A program made the translations under genes and the position numbers. DNA of 64,000 nucleotides from the human T2T-CHM13v2.0 reference genome, Homo sapiens: the NCBI RefSeq assembly GCF_009914755.1, contig NC_060927.1. The stretch is one strand, 5' to 3'. Shown here piece by piece: positions 1 to 11,740 of the stretch. Numbering within the stretch: the first letter of the stretch is position 1; every line of letters begins with the position of its first letter. The notes under the pieces were generated by a model that was not told the DNA's origin, made no database searches, and worked only from the letters and a program-made list of their open reading frames with translations.

Positions 1-214
1 CTGTCAAAGGCAAGGGAGCTAGAAACATTTATAGCCCTGCACCCAACAGTCTAAGGTTCAGGGCTTACCTGGCACACCTAAATTCCCAAGGACCCCAGAC
101 TCTTGTGGGTAGGCAAAGTAGACCCTGGTAGTCAGAGGCAGCTGTTCTCAAAAGTGACAGAAGCCAGGCACATGGGAGTTGTTGTTCACAACACTTGGGC
201 AGTGGCTGAATCTG

Positions 215-390
215 CTACAAGTGACCTCAAGCAGTTGACTTAGTCCGTAAGACCCATGTGAAAAATGGGGATTATAATGTACCCTCTTCACAGGATTGAT
301 GTAAGATCAAATAAGATGATACATAAATGTAAAGCACCCTGACAATTACTGCTCAGACATGGTGAACTCTCACTAAATAATACTATGATT
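215..390 (+). mobile_element. MIR SINE fragment
   Basis: Degenerate MIR core: gtgacctcaagcagttgactt...aaaatggggattataatgtacc...aggattgatgtaagatcaaataagat...tgtaaagcac. Confidence 0.65.
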
Positions 391-799
391 ATGCCGAACA
401 ATGGCACAAATTTAACTTCTGGATCTGTAGCCTATTAAGTCAACCCACCTTTCTCCTGTCCCCATGAAAGGCATGGCTACTCCATCCTGAAGGACCCTTG
501 CCTTGTCATCCTTGTTGGGGCTGAAATCCTGGTAGCCATCATCAATCTACCTGAGCTGGATGGGAAGTGAAACCATTTACCTGCTCTGAAGTGGAAGGAA
601 ACCCTCCCTGTGCAGGTGGCCCGGTTCCTGCTCCCTGAGCCCTTCAGCATGGCTGTTCCTACCTGCCAGTGTGGCTCCTTCAAAGGGTTCCATGCTGAGA
701 GGCTGGCTGCTCATTTTGAAGATGTGGATACCACTCAGATATTTTTGGAACTTGACTTTAAAGCCTGTCTAGTTCATGGAACAGCAACGTCAATCACTT

Positions 800-975
800 T
801 TTACTGAGCATGTACTACGTGCCACACATTCTACCAAAGGCTTGCTAGGCAATAGTTACTTAATGTTCACAGTACCCTGGGAGGTAGGTGCCACTATCTC
901 CATTTAAAGATTTCCCCTCAGGGATACTGAAGTTGGAGGTCTTAAGAAGCTTCCTTAAAGTCACACACTCAGGAA
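800..975 (-). mobile_element. MIR SINE fragment
   Basis: Reverse MIR pattern ttactgagcatgtactacgtgcca...gaggtaggtg...ccattt...aaagtcacaca. Confidence 0.6.
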
Positions 976-1137
976 GAGGCATCTTGTCTACCTCCTTAGC
1001 CCACGTTTGGAGTCATGTGCAATTAATCCACTCACTCCTTAAACCTATGCATTCCCATTTGTGCGTATCGAATTTTATAATTATTTCTAATCTGCCTGTA
1101 AGATTTAATAGAGGTTAAGCTTTCTATGTGAGCTCAC

Positions 1138-1197
1138 TCTTTCTTTCCTTCTTCTTCTCCTTCTTCCTCTTCCTCTTCCTCCTCTTCTTCTTCTTTT
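1138..1197. repeat. (CTT)/(CCT)-type polypyrimidine low-complexity tract
   Basis: ttctttccttcttcttctccttcttcctcttcctcttcctcctcttcttcttc. Confidence 0.85.
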
Positions 1198-1388
1198 GTT
1201 GCTTTAATAAAAGTGTTTAAAATAGCAGTTACCAGAGCTGCTGTTTTCTCTGCCTCTTTCGCCACCAGCCCACTGCCCTCATCACTGATGTTTATCTCGT
1301 GAGACCTAGGCCCCAGTTCTTTGCATTTAGAGGAGACAGCCCACAGTCCTGCAGATCTGAGATCTTGCAGCCTTTTTGCAATGACTCT

Positions 1389-1479
1389 CAGTTCTTACAT
1401 CTTACATGAGAGTCATAATCCTAGGTCAAAGGTCAGTTCTTACAACTTTCAGTGAGAGTCATAATCCTAGGTCAAAGGT
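1389..1479. repeat. Two-copy ~46-bp tandem duplication
   Basis: cagttcttaca...tgagagtcataatcctaggtcaaaggt occurs twice; the 27-bp block is identical at 1407-1433 and 1453-1479. Confidence 0.9.
1423..1435 (+). promoter_or_regulatory. Perfect DR1 nuclear-receptor motif AGGTCA-A-AGGTCA
   Basis: Exact consensus match; function not shown. Confidence 0.45.
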
Positions 1480-3349
1480 TTTTGGACTCCTTCCTCTCTT
1501 AGAGCTCTTCTGCAAATGATTCTTATTTGTGCTCAGCCAAATGTGCCTGTCCTGAAGGAGACAGGTACAGGGAAAAGAACAATGACTGCTTCTGCCTTGC
1601 TTGGCCCCCTGGAAGTGCAAAAAAGCTTAAGGTGTCACCAGCTCTGCAGTCCACACCAGCCTCTTCCTTGCCAGTTAATGGCATCTGTTCACCAACCAGC
1701 AGCAACCAGCTCATACCTCAGCCATTCTCCTTTCTTTTCTGCATTCTGAACACCAAGTGCAGAGACTCTGCACTTTTTCCATCTTCTGCACATGATATTT
1801 TCACAATGTACCAAAGTTCATTGTGGGCAGAGACTGTGTCTTAGTAAACACTATAAGAAACAGTGTATAAAGCACCAAGACAAAATTAAAAAAAAAAAGA
1901 AAAAAGAAGAACTAAGATATGGGCCCTACCTATCTGGAAGCCAGGTTTGCTGACCAAAGAACTCCCCCTGTGCCAGAGAGACAAGTCAACAGTGATGCTT
2001 GTGGAATTCTCTGGTCCCACCATGTTCCTGATTATCCACAAGAATCCTCCCCTTCAGTAGCAGCTGTGGAAGGGGGCCCATGCTGCCATGTAACATTGGA
2101 TGAAGTTTGCTCTGGATTAAGGGGCTGTTCTGGAGATTTATCAACCTCACCCCCTTCCAAATGGAAAGTGTTTTTGAACTTGCCTTGCTTGAATTGCATT
2201 ATTGTATTTAGGATGTGTTAGTGAGGACTGTTGTTACAATCAGGTTGCAAAATTATGAGGAGGAAACACAAGGCTTGACTGTTACAGAACCAGGGAGAAA
2301 CAGATTCCACTGGAGATTGTGGACTCTGAGAAAAATGGTTAACAAGGTCATCTCTGGGTGTAGTCACACAGCTGTGACTGTGGGTGTCTCTCACGGGTAA
2401 GTGCATGTTTGCACTTTTAGATCTTGGTAAATGCAGGATCCTTTAAAAATGTGCTATGAGAAGAAGGATGTGTGAGCCTGGCAGGCACAGAAGTGGAATG
2501 AGTGCACAGGTTTCCTGGCCCGGTCTGCCTCGGCCACTTCCAAAGAAGTTGCCTTGCCCACAGAACAAAAATAGAACAATCAGCCTTTACCTTCAACAAT
2601 TGAAACCAAGGATGCAGATGTCGCAGGTGACTGGTGTGAAGCCAGGAGCCTTGTTACAGAGGCCTGGGTGAGGTGAGCCAGCAGGGTAGGAGGGCCAGGG
2701 GAGGAGGGAGGAGAGGAGAGTGCTATTTGGCTTTCTGAGGGCCTTTTTTCCCTGTAGTGGTGGAGCTGCCTCTCTTCCTGCTGTTTTTCCTGGGCAGCTC
2801 CTTCCTTCCCATAAACTCCCCTTCCTGACCAGTAAGAGGGCTTCTGATTCTTGTAACCCCTGACTAGGGCAAATGCCGGCCAGCTTGACCTTCCAGGCTT
2901 TCTCCACCCTCTCCACCAAAGGCATGTCCATAAATGCTTCAAATTCCTGAGTGCAGGGACTGTGGTGCTTCACCCTCATCCTCGCCTCGCAGACTGTCCT
3001 GGGTCTGGCTCATAGCAGGAGTCCCATGGCTGGTGAACAAACCGTGACTCTCTGGAGCCACATCATTCTTCCTGTAAATCAGCTGCCACCTGACCAAGGC
3101 CCAGAATAGTCCAGGCCCATGTCATCCCGAGCACTCTTGTGTGGAAAACAATGAGCCACAGAGGTGCAGAGGCAGTTCACCCACTGCTGAGTGTGCTGAA
3201 TTCTGGCCTCCGTTGAATGTGTGCTGATGACACATGCCATCTTTTAAAGCTTGTAGAGCCCCCTATTGTCCACAGGTACAAACACAAAGCATTCTGATCA
3301 CCCTGCAAAGCAAAATGAACCCAGGAGTGGGTGTCATAACTGGATCCTA

Positions 3350-3530
3350 GAAGCAGAACTCCCCAGTGGGTGTGAGGACCAGTAGCCTCAGAATCTCCTG
3401 GGGGATTGGTAGAAATGCACATTCTTGGGCTTCCCCTGAGACCTGCTGGATCAGAATATGCATTTCAACAAGATCTGCTCCCACTTCATCCCCATTATTT
3501 ACTTGCATGTTAAAGTCTGAGAGGTGCTCA
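3350..3530. mobile_element. MER5-like hAT-Charlie DNA transposon
   Basis: cagaatctcctgggggattggtagaaatgcacattcttggg...gacctgctggatcagaatatgcatttcaacaagatc...taaagtctgaga. Confidence 0.7.
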
Positions 3531-3639
3531 TTCAGAAACACATTCAGCTTCATAAACAATATTTCTAAAGTTCTAGATACTTTTCATGTTAAGAAGAAAG
3601 AGTAGCACCCCCATGCTCATGCCCATGACAGAAGGGGGT

Positions 3640-3990
3640 GCCATGTGGTCGTTCAGAGTGTGAGCCTGGCTTCAGAGCCCACTGCATGACCTGGGTGGCC
3701 TCCTAACTTCCCTTAGATTCAGTTTCCTTATCTGTAAAATGAAAATAAAAGCAGGAACTACCCCAGAAAACTGCTGTAGGGATTAAATGAGAATATACAT
3801 ATTTAAATAGCTTAGGACTAGGTCCTTACTACATGTGCGCTACTATTATTTTGCATCATCAAAATAGTTGCCATTTAGTAAGTGTTTGCTGTGTGTTAAA
3901 TACTGTGCTAAGCACTTCATACCACACATGGAGGTATTATTGTCTTCCTACTGAAGAGGAAACAGAAGGTCAGAGTGGGTCAGGATCTTG
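3640..3990. mobile_element. Two MIR fragments in opposite orientation (+ ~3640-3830, - ~3870-3990)
   Basis: cagtttccttatctgtaaaatg...ggattaaatgagaata, then tactgtgctaagcactt...gaggaaacaga. Confidence 0.65.
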
Positions 3991-4144
3991 GACTGAGATC
4001 TTGGCTCTCGAAGGCTAGCCGTGCGCTTACCCCCTAAGTCATGTCACCTGTTGAGGTCTATGGTATAGCTACAAAGGGGCCAACCAAAGAGGGAACCCAT
4101 TTCTGTATGTTACGTTAAGACACAATGTGACACAAAGTAACTCA

Positions 4145-5285
4145 CAAATTGCCTGTGTATATCCTTTGCCAGTTTTTATTTCCTCTTTGCTTTGTATTAT
4201 TCCATCCATGTGAAACACCATCAACAATGCCAGGCCCTTTGTAAGTATTCAATAAATATTAGCCATTATTTGGAGGAGTTCTCTATGTATTCTTTATACC
4301 AATCCGTTTTCAGTTACATCCATTTCAAATATCTTCTCCCAGTATGTGGCTTATCATTTTTTACATAGTGTTTATTGCACAAAGGCTTTAAATTCTAATA
4401 TTGCCAGATTTATCCTTTTTTTTTTAAGGTTTGTGTTTTGCATGTCTTAATTAAGAAATTTTTACCCCATGGTCATAAAGATACTTTTCTATGTTATCAT
4501 CTAATGTTTTAAAATGTTACTTTTCTCATTTAAGTCTGTTTTTAAAAGCACCCCCGCCGCCACCCTTTCAAATGTGTTTGGAATATGTCCTTACATATGT
4601 ATATAATCTTGTAAAATACATACATCTGCCTTGTGTCTGTTTTTAATTTACATAATGGAATTTTGCTACAAATCTCATTCCGTTTCCTACTTTTCCTACG
4701 CCACATGTTGCTCTATAGATTCTGTGTTTGCTTCTAAGTGCATTGTCACAGTTTACTTATCCATTTCCCTACTGAAAGATACCAGACTGCCTCCAACTCC
4801 CCAACAGAAAAACAGTGCAATATACCACCTGGTACTTTGTGAGAACTTCCATGGGACTGATGTGCTCAGGGTGGATTTGTTAGGTGTTGAAGCCAGTCAA
4901 TGGATTCTGAATTTTGTTAAATGTTGTCAGAAAGATCTCCAGAGAGGTGGTTCCACCTTATATCTCCTAGCAGTATAGGTCCTCACTTACCCACATTTCT
5001 AACTTTTGCCCTTCCTGTGGATAGAAGAGCACATCTCATTTGAATTTCAATTCCTCAGATCACTGCTGATCTGGAGCTTCTCCTCCCATACTTGTTGGCC
5101 ATTTGGTCACTTCTCCTGTGCATTGCCTGATGACCACTCTCTATTTCCTGTTGAATTTTTGTCATTGTTGATTTGTAGTAGACACATACTTGACAGTCTA
5201 GATAGTCATCCTTGGATTTTTGATGCTGCTGATACCTCCTCACTGTTTCATATTAGCTAAGAATTTCTTTCTGTGTCCTTCACTA
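4145..5285 (-). mobile_element. Old L1 (L1M-type) fragments
   Basis: T-rich antisense L1 3' motifs: gcctgtgtatatcctttgcc, aaatatcttctcccagt, tttacttatccatttccct. Confidence 0.55.
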
Positions 5286-5296
5286 AACAAACATGC

Positions 5297-5300
<4 letters not shown>

Positions 5301-5346
<46 letters not shown>
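5301..5346. repeat. (CA)23 microsatellite
   Basis: Uninterrupted CA run. Confidence 0.95.
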
Positions 5347-5350
<4 letters not shown>

Positions 5351-5398
5351 CAAAACTGTTAGCCGAGCACATACTATGTGCTGACACCACTAGGTACT

Positions 5399-5860
5399 TG
5401 TCTTAGTTTGGGTCCTTGTGAAGCTAATCTTGAGGCAAAGATATTGGTGTAAGTGGTTTATGTGGGCAGTGAAAGTAACACCTTAGGGAAGTGGGGAAGT
5501 GACCTACAGAAGGGAGGTGAGCCAATAAATGGTGTGTTATGAAACAAGTTACCACTGTAGGTGACAACCTTAATTCTGCTGTAGAATTCTGGGAGCCAGT
5601 GTAGAACTTGCCACTTAGAGTCAAGTGTTTACATCCCAGCTCTGTCAGTCATTACTTTGGGGGACTAGGAGGGTGTTAAATACCCAGCACTTCAGGCTTA
5701 CTGCTGAGGCAGCAAACTGGGCTCTAGCAGCAAAGAAAGGTCTCAGGCAAAGCAATGTGGGTGCCTGCAGTCCCCAACCACCCCACCAGGCAGGCTCTGA
5801 GATGATGAGGGCGAGGGGACATGGGCAGGGCACCAAGAAGGCTAGCGCTCGGGCTTTATG
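5399..5860 (-). mobile_element. LTR16-like ERVL solo LTR
   Basis: tgtcttagtttgggtcc...tgaggcaaagatattggtgtaagtggtttat...ggggaagtga...agccaataaatggtgtgttat. Confidence 0.6.
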
Positions 5861-6147
5861 TGCATTATCTTGAACCCAGAAGTCAAACAAAAAATAAAAC
5901 ACAAAACAAAAAACCAAAGCTCTGATAGCTTATGAGGTATGATTATGCCCATTTTTCAGGTGTGAAATTGAGGGTTGGAGAGGTGAGGTAAATTGCATGA
6001 AGTTAGTGGCAGAGCAGTGATTCAAACAAAGAATGTGCATCAGAGCTGCCTGAGAGAGTTTATAGAAGGCAGAGTCTAGGTCTGGGATGAGCTCAGACTA
6101 CATTTGAGCTCGGTCTACATTTTAATCACGTGTTTGATATAGGTATC

Positions 6148-6350
6148 TATGTTAGTTATCTATTTCTGTGTGACAAAGTACATCATTACTTGGCAGCTTA
6201 GAACAAAAAATGATTATCTCACACAGTTTCTGAGGGTCAGGAATCCAGCGTGGCTTCCCTGGGTGGTTCTGGCTCAAGGTCTCTCACAGCATTGGAATCA
6301 AGTTATTGGTCAATCCATTTTCAAGTATGTTCCTCCCTGCTGTTGGTGAC
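6148..6350 (-). mobile_element. MLT1 (MaLR) LTR fragment
   Basis: gttagttatctatttctgtgtgacaaa...attatctcacacagtttctgagggtcaggaatcc...ctggctcaaggtctctca. Confidence 0.65.
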
Positions 6351-6420
6351 GGAACCATTCACTATCTCGACTGTAGTGGCAGATATATGAACCTCCATAG
6401 GTGATAAAAACATAGAACTC

Positions 6421-6730
6421 AGCCAGGCGTGGTGGCTCAAGCCTGTAATCCCAGCACTTTGGAGGGTTAGACAGGGAGGATTGCTTGAATCCAGGAGTTT
6501 GAGACTAGCCTGGGCAACATGGTGAAACCCCATCTCTCCAAAAAAAAAAAAAAAACCCCAAAATTAGCCAGATGTGGTCTCGGCTACAAGGGAGGCTGAG
6601 GTGGGAGGATCACTTGAGAATAGGTGGTCGAGGCTGCAGTGAGCCTTGATTGCACCACTGCACTCCAGCCTGGGTGACAGAGCAAGACCCTGTTTCAGAA
6701 AAATAAATAAATTAATTAATAAATTAATTA
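6421..6730 (+). mobile_element. AluJ
   Basis: Dimeric Alu with J diagnostics (ggaggattgcttga, gaggctgcagtgagcc, gcaagaccctgt) and A-rich tail. Confidence 0.9.
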
Positions 6731-6753
6731 AACAACACACACAGACACAAAGA

Positions 6754-6779
6754 CAGAGAGAGAGAGAGAGAGAGAGAGA
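6754..6779. repeat. (AG)n microsatellite
   Basis: agagagagagagagagagagagaga. Confidence 0.9.
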
Positions 6780-6789
6780 ATGCCCAGGA

Positions 6790-7462
6790 CATGTGCAACT
6801 GGGGAAATCTGAACAAGGGCCATGGTTTGTGTCAATGCCAGTCTCTTGGTTGTGATATTTTACTACAGTTTTGCAAGATCTTAACATTGAGTGAACCCAG
6901 GTAAAGAGTACACCAGGTCTCTCTGTTTTACATCTTACAATTGCATGTGGATCTATAATTATCTCAAAATAAAAAGTTCAAATTAGAAGAAGATTTAGGC
7001 AAGAATGTTCAGAGCAGCTTCGTTCATAATCACCTTGTTAAAACCACCCCCAAGCCCATAAAACTGAAGAATGAATAAATAAATTGAGGTATATTTGCAC
7101 AATGGAACCATTTACAAAAATGAACATGAATGAAGCACAACTATATGCACCATGAATAAATCTCACAAACATAATGTTGAGTGAAAGAAGCCAGACACAA
7201 AAGAGTATGCACAGTCTATTTATATAAATACAAAACCAGGCAGAAGTAGTCTATGCTCTTGGGAATCAGTGGAATCATTACCACTGGGGTAGTACTAACC
7301 AGAAGCAGGCATGAGAAAGAGCTTCTGGGGCCCTGGTGATGTTCCCTTTTTTCATCTGGGTGCTGGTTACATAGGTGTGTCATGTTTGGGAAATTTACCA
7401 AGTGCGCGATTATATATGCACTTCTCTGTACGGGTGCTCAATAAAAGTTTAAAAAAGTTTAA
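6790..7462 (+). mobile_element. Two old L1 3' ends (L1MC/MD-like to ~6985, L1ME-like ~6990-7460)
   Basis: tgtgatattttactacagttttgcaagat...aataaaaagtt; aatctcacaaacataatgttgagtgaaagaagccagacacaaaagagta...aataaaagtttaaaaaa. Confidence 0.75.
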
Positions 7463-8499
7463 GATGTAACATATTAATACCCAGTTTTGAGTGCTATGTG
7501 CCAGGCCTTTTCCCAGGCATTTTACATGGAATGTGTCATTTACATTTTTGACCAAGTTTCTAGTATTTATTCCCATTTACAGATGAGAAAACTGTGGTTA
7601 AGAGAAGTTGTATTCTAGGGCCACCTGGCTGCCCTATGAGGGACCCATACGTCACCAATGCTCTCAGTCACCTTGGGGTTCATAGATAAGGCCAAGTCAT
7701 TAGTAACTTCATTGAAAATGGACCTCTTCACTCAGCAACAAATGATTGTCCTGGTAACACCAATCATGGCTCTTTGCCCAAGTAAGGGGGAACCCCTGCA
7801 AAGAACACTTGTGAAACTCGAGCACTTTATCTTTTTCTGAAAGCCAGGGCAGGCCTATGGTAGGGGATGAACTGTTAATTGGTAAACACTGTAATTAAGT
7901 GGGGAGGCCTCAATTTAAGCCATCAGAATTGTAGTTGACCATGAAAGTGTGAAAAGAACCATGATTAATGAACTTGCTAATAGTCTTTTCCTGTTAATGA
8001 CATTCTTTTATGTTTTAGTAGGAGCACATGTGGTGATTGCAAATCAGTGAGTACGCAAACCAATGTAACTTTTCCCTTAGCTGAGTTTGGTTTCTGTCCT
8101 GGAGTCCCATTCTGCCTGGTGGTGAAAAACTGAATTTTAGTCAATTCAAGGCTTTTTCTCTTCCCCCCTGTCCCTAGGCTAAAATGCCAGGGGAGAGGGT
8201 ATGTAGCATGGTGGTTAGGGGGCATCTGGTTCCTGATTGTCATCTGTCCACCCTGGTATCAACTGGGATGACATCCTCTTAGTGTGACAATGCATGCTGG
8301 CTTTTTGCCACACTAACATCTGCTGTGACATCCTGTCCCTCCATAGCCTCTGGTCTTCCTTGCATCCACTGCTGCATTCCTCTTGTCTTGGCCACCAGTT
8401 CCCCTTGTCGCTTCTTTCAGTGCCTTCTCAGGGGGAATGAGGGCTACTTGGCCATACTGACTGTACTGGATACAGTTGGTGGCCCAAACCCCTTCTTCT

Positions 8500-8900
8500 G
8501 GCCTGTGCACTTTTGCCCCAGCAGCTTGAATATTGAAAGCTAAGCGGTCACACCTGCTTGCCTCAAGAATTGTCCTTGGCCAATGGGTGGTGCTGCATCT
8601 GGAAGGGGGCATTTAGGTCTTTCCCTTAGGGCAGCATAAAGCTAATGATGGACTGATGAGAACCTACAAAAGGCCAGACCCCTTGCCTTCAGGTGGGAGC
8701 CATTCAATGGTGCAATTCGTGCTCCTGACCTCCACGTGGGATCAGGCTGCAGCCAGATTCCAGCTGGGACCGCATCCTGGCCTGGCTCCTTGTGCTGACC
8801 TTCCTTGCTTCCCTCACTTTTGGGGTAGTTCTCCTAAAGCACCTCCTGGATAAATGACTTCCACAAGCATCTCCATCTTAATCTTCACTTTAGGGAGCTT
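8500..8900 (+). mobile_element. LTR16-like ERVL LTR
   Basis: aaaggccagaccccttgccttcaggtggga...gggatcaggctgcagccaga...taaatgacttccacaagcatctccatctt. Confidence 0.6.
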
Positions 8901-9299
8901 AGGCACTGTCCCACCCCATGGGGCAGGGGATGCAGGGAACTCTAGGCTGTGAGTCCTCACTGCATAGATGCACCCTGAGCCAGGCCAGCATGTATGTGTG
9001 GGGGGGAAGGGGTACAGGGGTGGGAGGGAGGTTGTTCTCTGAGAAGTTTGCTGCCTTCCAACCTTCTCTTGGAGGTGAGGCACAGATTCCTTCAACACTT
9101 GAATCCCCACAGCTCTCAAAGGGTTTCTATCAGGCAGAGTGCCTTCCCTGCAAGTGAGAAAATGTAACATGAGCCAGCTTAAATCATTTCTGAACCACTC
9201 AGCTGTAACCCAGGGATTGAGTAAGAGTCAGGGCTAACCTAGTCTATATCTGAGCTCTGCCTCCCCCCTCGACAGTTCTTTTTGCTTTACTCTCTTCCA

Positions 9300-9600
9300 G
9301 GTATTGGCATCGTCTTCTGTCCAAGCAGATGTGCGGCCCAGAGTGCCAAAGTCATTGCATCTTACAGCTCATGTTCAAGAGAAGACAGACAGAACTGATT
9401 CTGGAAGCTCTTCTGGCAGAGTAAAGAAAACTTCCCAAAAAGCTGCTGACAAATTTTGCCTTCAATCTCTGGGGCCTAAATTTGGCCACGTGCCCATTTC
9501 TGACCCAATCTGGCCCAGCCCTGGAGCTGGTGTGGGATCTGCTTCCCTTCCCAATACATGGGATCTTTGTGAAAGGGAAAGGGAACAATAGCATCCTCCT
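9300..9600 (-). mobile_element. Old MLT1-type LTR fragment
   Basis: tttggccacgtgcccatttctgacccaatc motif typical of MLT1J/K-like LTRs. Confidence 0.4.
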
Positions 9601-9865
9601 GGAAATGAAGGAGGAGGTGAGCACCATGCAGGGTGCACAGTCAACAATGCCCATGCCTGACTTTGTTGTCCAGTGGACTAGGGTGGGGAGCAGGGCACAG
9701 GAGGCCTTCCCAGGGAATCCTTCTCAGGGTCAATATTGGCAATTTCATGCTGCTCAACCAAATGCTGCCAAGATGCTCTTCAGAATGGCTAGACACATTT
9801 CCACTCTAACTGATAGCTTCAGGATCCCTATTTTTTCTCATATTCACCAGCACTTGGTATTACTT

Positions 9866-10445
9866 ATTGTTTTAGGGTCTCCAGAGAGACAGAGCTAATA
9901 GGATATACATACAGATATAGGAAAGAGGATTTATTAGGAGAACTGGCTCATGTGATCACAGAGGCTGAGAAGTCCCATGTTGGACCATCTGTAAGCTGGA
10001 GAACCAGGGAAGCCAGTAGTGTTGCTCAGTCCAAGTCTAAAGGCCTCAAAACCAAGGTGTGATTCTCAGTCCAAAGCCAAAGGCCCAAGAACGTGAGGGG
10101 CCGCTGGTATAAATCCTGGAGTCCCAAGGCTAAAGGCCCGAGAACCTGAGGGACCACCAGTGTAAGTCCTGGAGTCCCAAGGCCATAGAGTCTGGAATTA
10201 TGATATCTAAGGGCAGAAGGAGCAGAGAATCCCCAGCTCTAGGAGAGAAAGGAGAAATCCTATACCCTCTTTTTTTGTTCTATTCCAGCCCCCAGCAGAT
10301 TGGATGGTGCTGACCACATGAGGGCAGATCTTCCTCACTCAGTCCATTGACTCACACACCAGTCTCCTCCATAGGCACCCTCCCATACACAACCAGAAGT
10401 CATCTTTACAAGTAATGCTTTACTAGTTCTCTAAGTATTCCTCAC
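9866..10445 (-). mobile_element. MLT2-like ERVL LTR
   Basis: agggtctccagagagacagagctaatagga...ttattaggagaactggctcatgtgatcacagaggctgagaagtccca...gagggcagatcttcctcactcagtcc. Confidence 0.8.
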
Positions 10446-10649
10446 ACTTACTTTTCCAATGTTTAAAGACCTGATAGGCATTAAAAGAATCTCAATATTG
10501 CTTCAATTTGCACTCTTCTAAATTCTGGCAAGATTAGTCATTTCATCAGGTATTAGTTAGCCAGCTCATTTCCTGTCCAGCAAATTGGCTATTCATAGCC
10601 TTTGCCAATTTTTCTAGTGAGTTTCCTACCCATTTCCCTTGTAGTCTAG

Positions 10650-10910
10650 ATCAGGAGTTGACACAGGTTTTTTTTTTTTTTTTTTTTTTTTGGTTGGTTT
10701 TGTTTTTTGTAAAGGGCTAGATATTAAATATTCTAAGCTATGAAGGTCATATTGTCTCTGCTGATGTAGCACAAAAGCAGCTATAGACATAAATGTATAA
10801 ATGAATGGGCATGGATGTATTCCAATAAAACTTTATTTATTTATTTTTAGTTACAAACACAGGTGACCAATTGGATTTGGCCCTGTGGGCTGTAGTTTGC
10901 CAGCTCTTAT
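10650..10910 (+). mobile_element. MER58-like hAT-Charlie element (with internal poly-T)
   Basis: gtaaagggctagatattaaatatt...aaaagcagctatagaca...tccaataaaactttattta...ggatttggccc...tgtagtttgcca. Confidence 0.75.
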
Positions 10911-11369
10911 TATAGATATTATCTTTTGGCTTTAGACAATGCAAAATCTGCTCCAAGTCTTCACCTATCTGTTTTCTTTGTCTAAAGCATTCTTTTAAAA
11001 AAATTCTTAATTTTGATATAGTCAGATTTGCCCAGTTTTCATCCGAGGGTTATGTTTTTGAATTATGTTAAGACACCCTTCTCATCCCAACAACACAAAG
11101 ATATTCCCCTCCTTCCTTCCTATTAACTCTTTATTTCTGTTGGCTTTCACATAGCGAGGTCTTGGATCTGTTAGGTGTTTGCATTTGTATGTGATGGAAG
11201 ATGTGGCTTTATTCTTCTCCCTGTAGTGAACTATTCTCCTCACACCAGCAGCCAAACCATCCTTTCTCCACAGATTTGTAGCAGATGAAACCTTTAATTT
11301 GAAAAAAGAAAGGATATGTGGTTAGGCTTACCTATGCGACCAAATGCTGTTCTATAGTGCTTGCCTGCT

Positions 11370-11740
11370 CACCAAGTCCCAGCTCTTTTCTGGTCCCCCA
11401 ACATGCCCAGGGCTTTGTGGTCTCAGAAACATCAACAGGCTCTTCCCTGGTGCATGGCGGGCCCTTCCTCATCCTTCAGGTCTCACTCCAAGTATCAACT
11501 CCTTGCAGATGTCTTACCTGAACACCCTCTCATTTACTCTGTTACTTAACCCAATTGGAAATTATCATTTGCATTTGTTTACTTGTTTATTATCCACCTT
11601 TCCCTATTAGATTGTGAGTTTCATCAGGCAGAGCTGGGGCTGAGGGCAGAGACTGGAACTGCGTTATTGGTTGGTCACTGCCTCCCTCGTGCCTGGCATA
11701 CGGCAGACTTGAATTAAAGATTCCTGGAAAAACAGAACAA
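11370..11740 (+). mobile_element. L2 3' end fragment
   Basis: tcatccttcaggtctcact...ttgtttacttgtttatt...tagattgtgagtttcat...gtgcctggcata. Confidence 0.65.

Noticed and set aside
1500-1910. Processed pseudogene ending in the A-rich tract at ~1888
   Set aside because: No recognisable protein homology and no TSD found.
6321-6887. Alu-derived ORFs (also 20287, 24495, 32117-32629, 33063-33537, 53485)
   Set aside because: Standard translations of Alu sequence, not genes.
10078-10190. ~57-bp internal direct repeat
   Set aside because: Lies within the MLT2-like LTR, which as I recall has internally repeated motifs; not independent.
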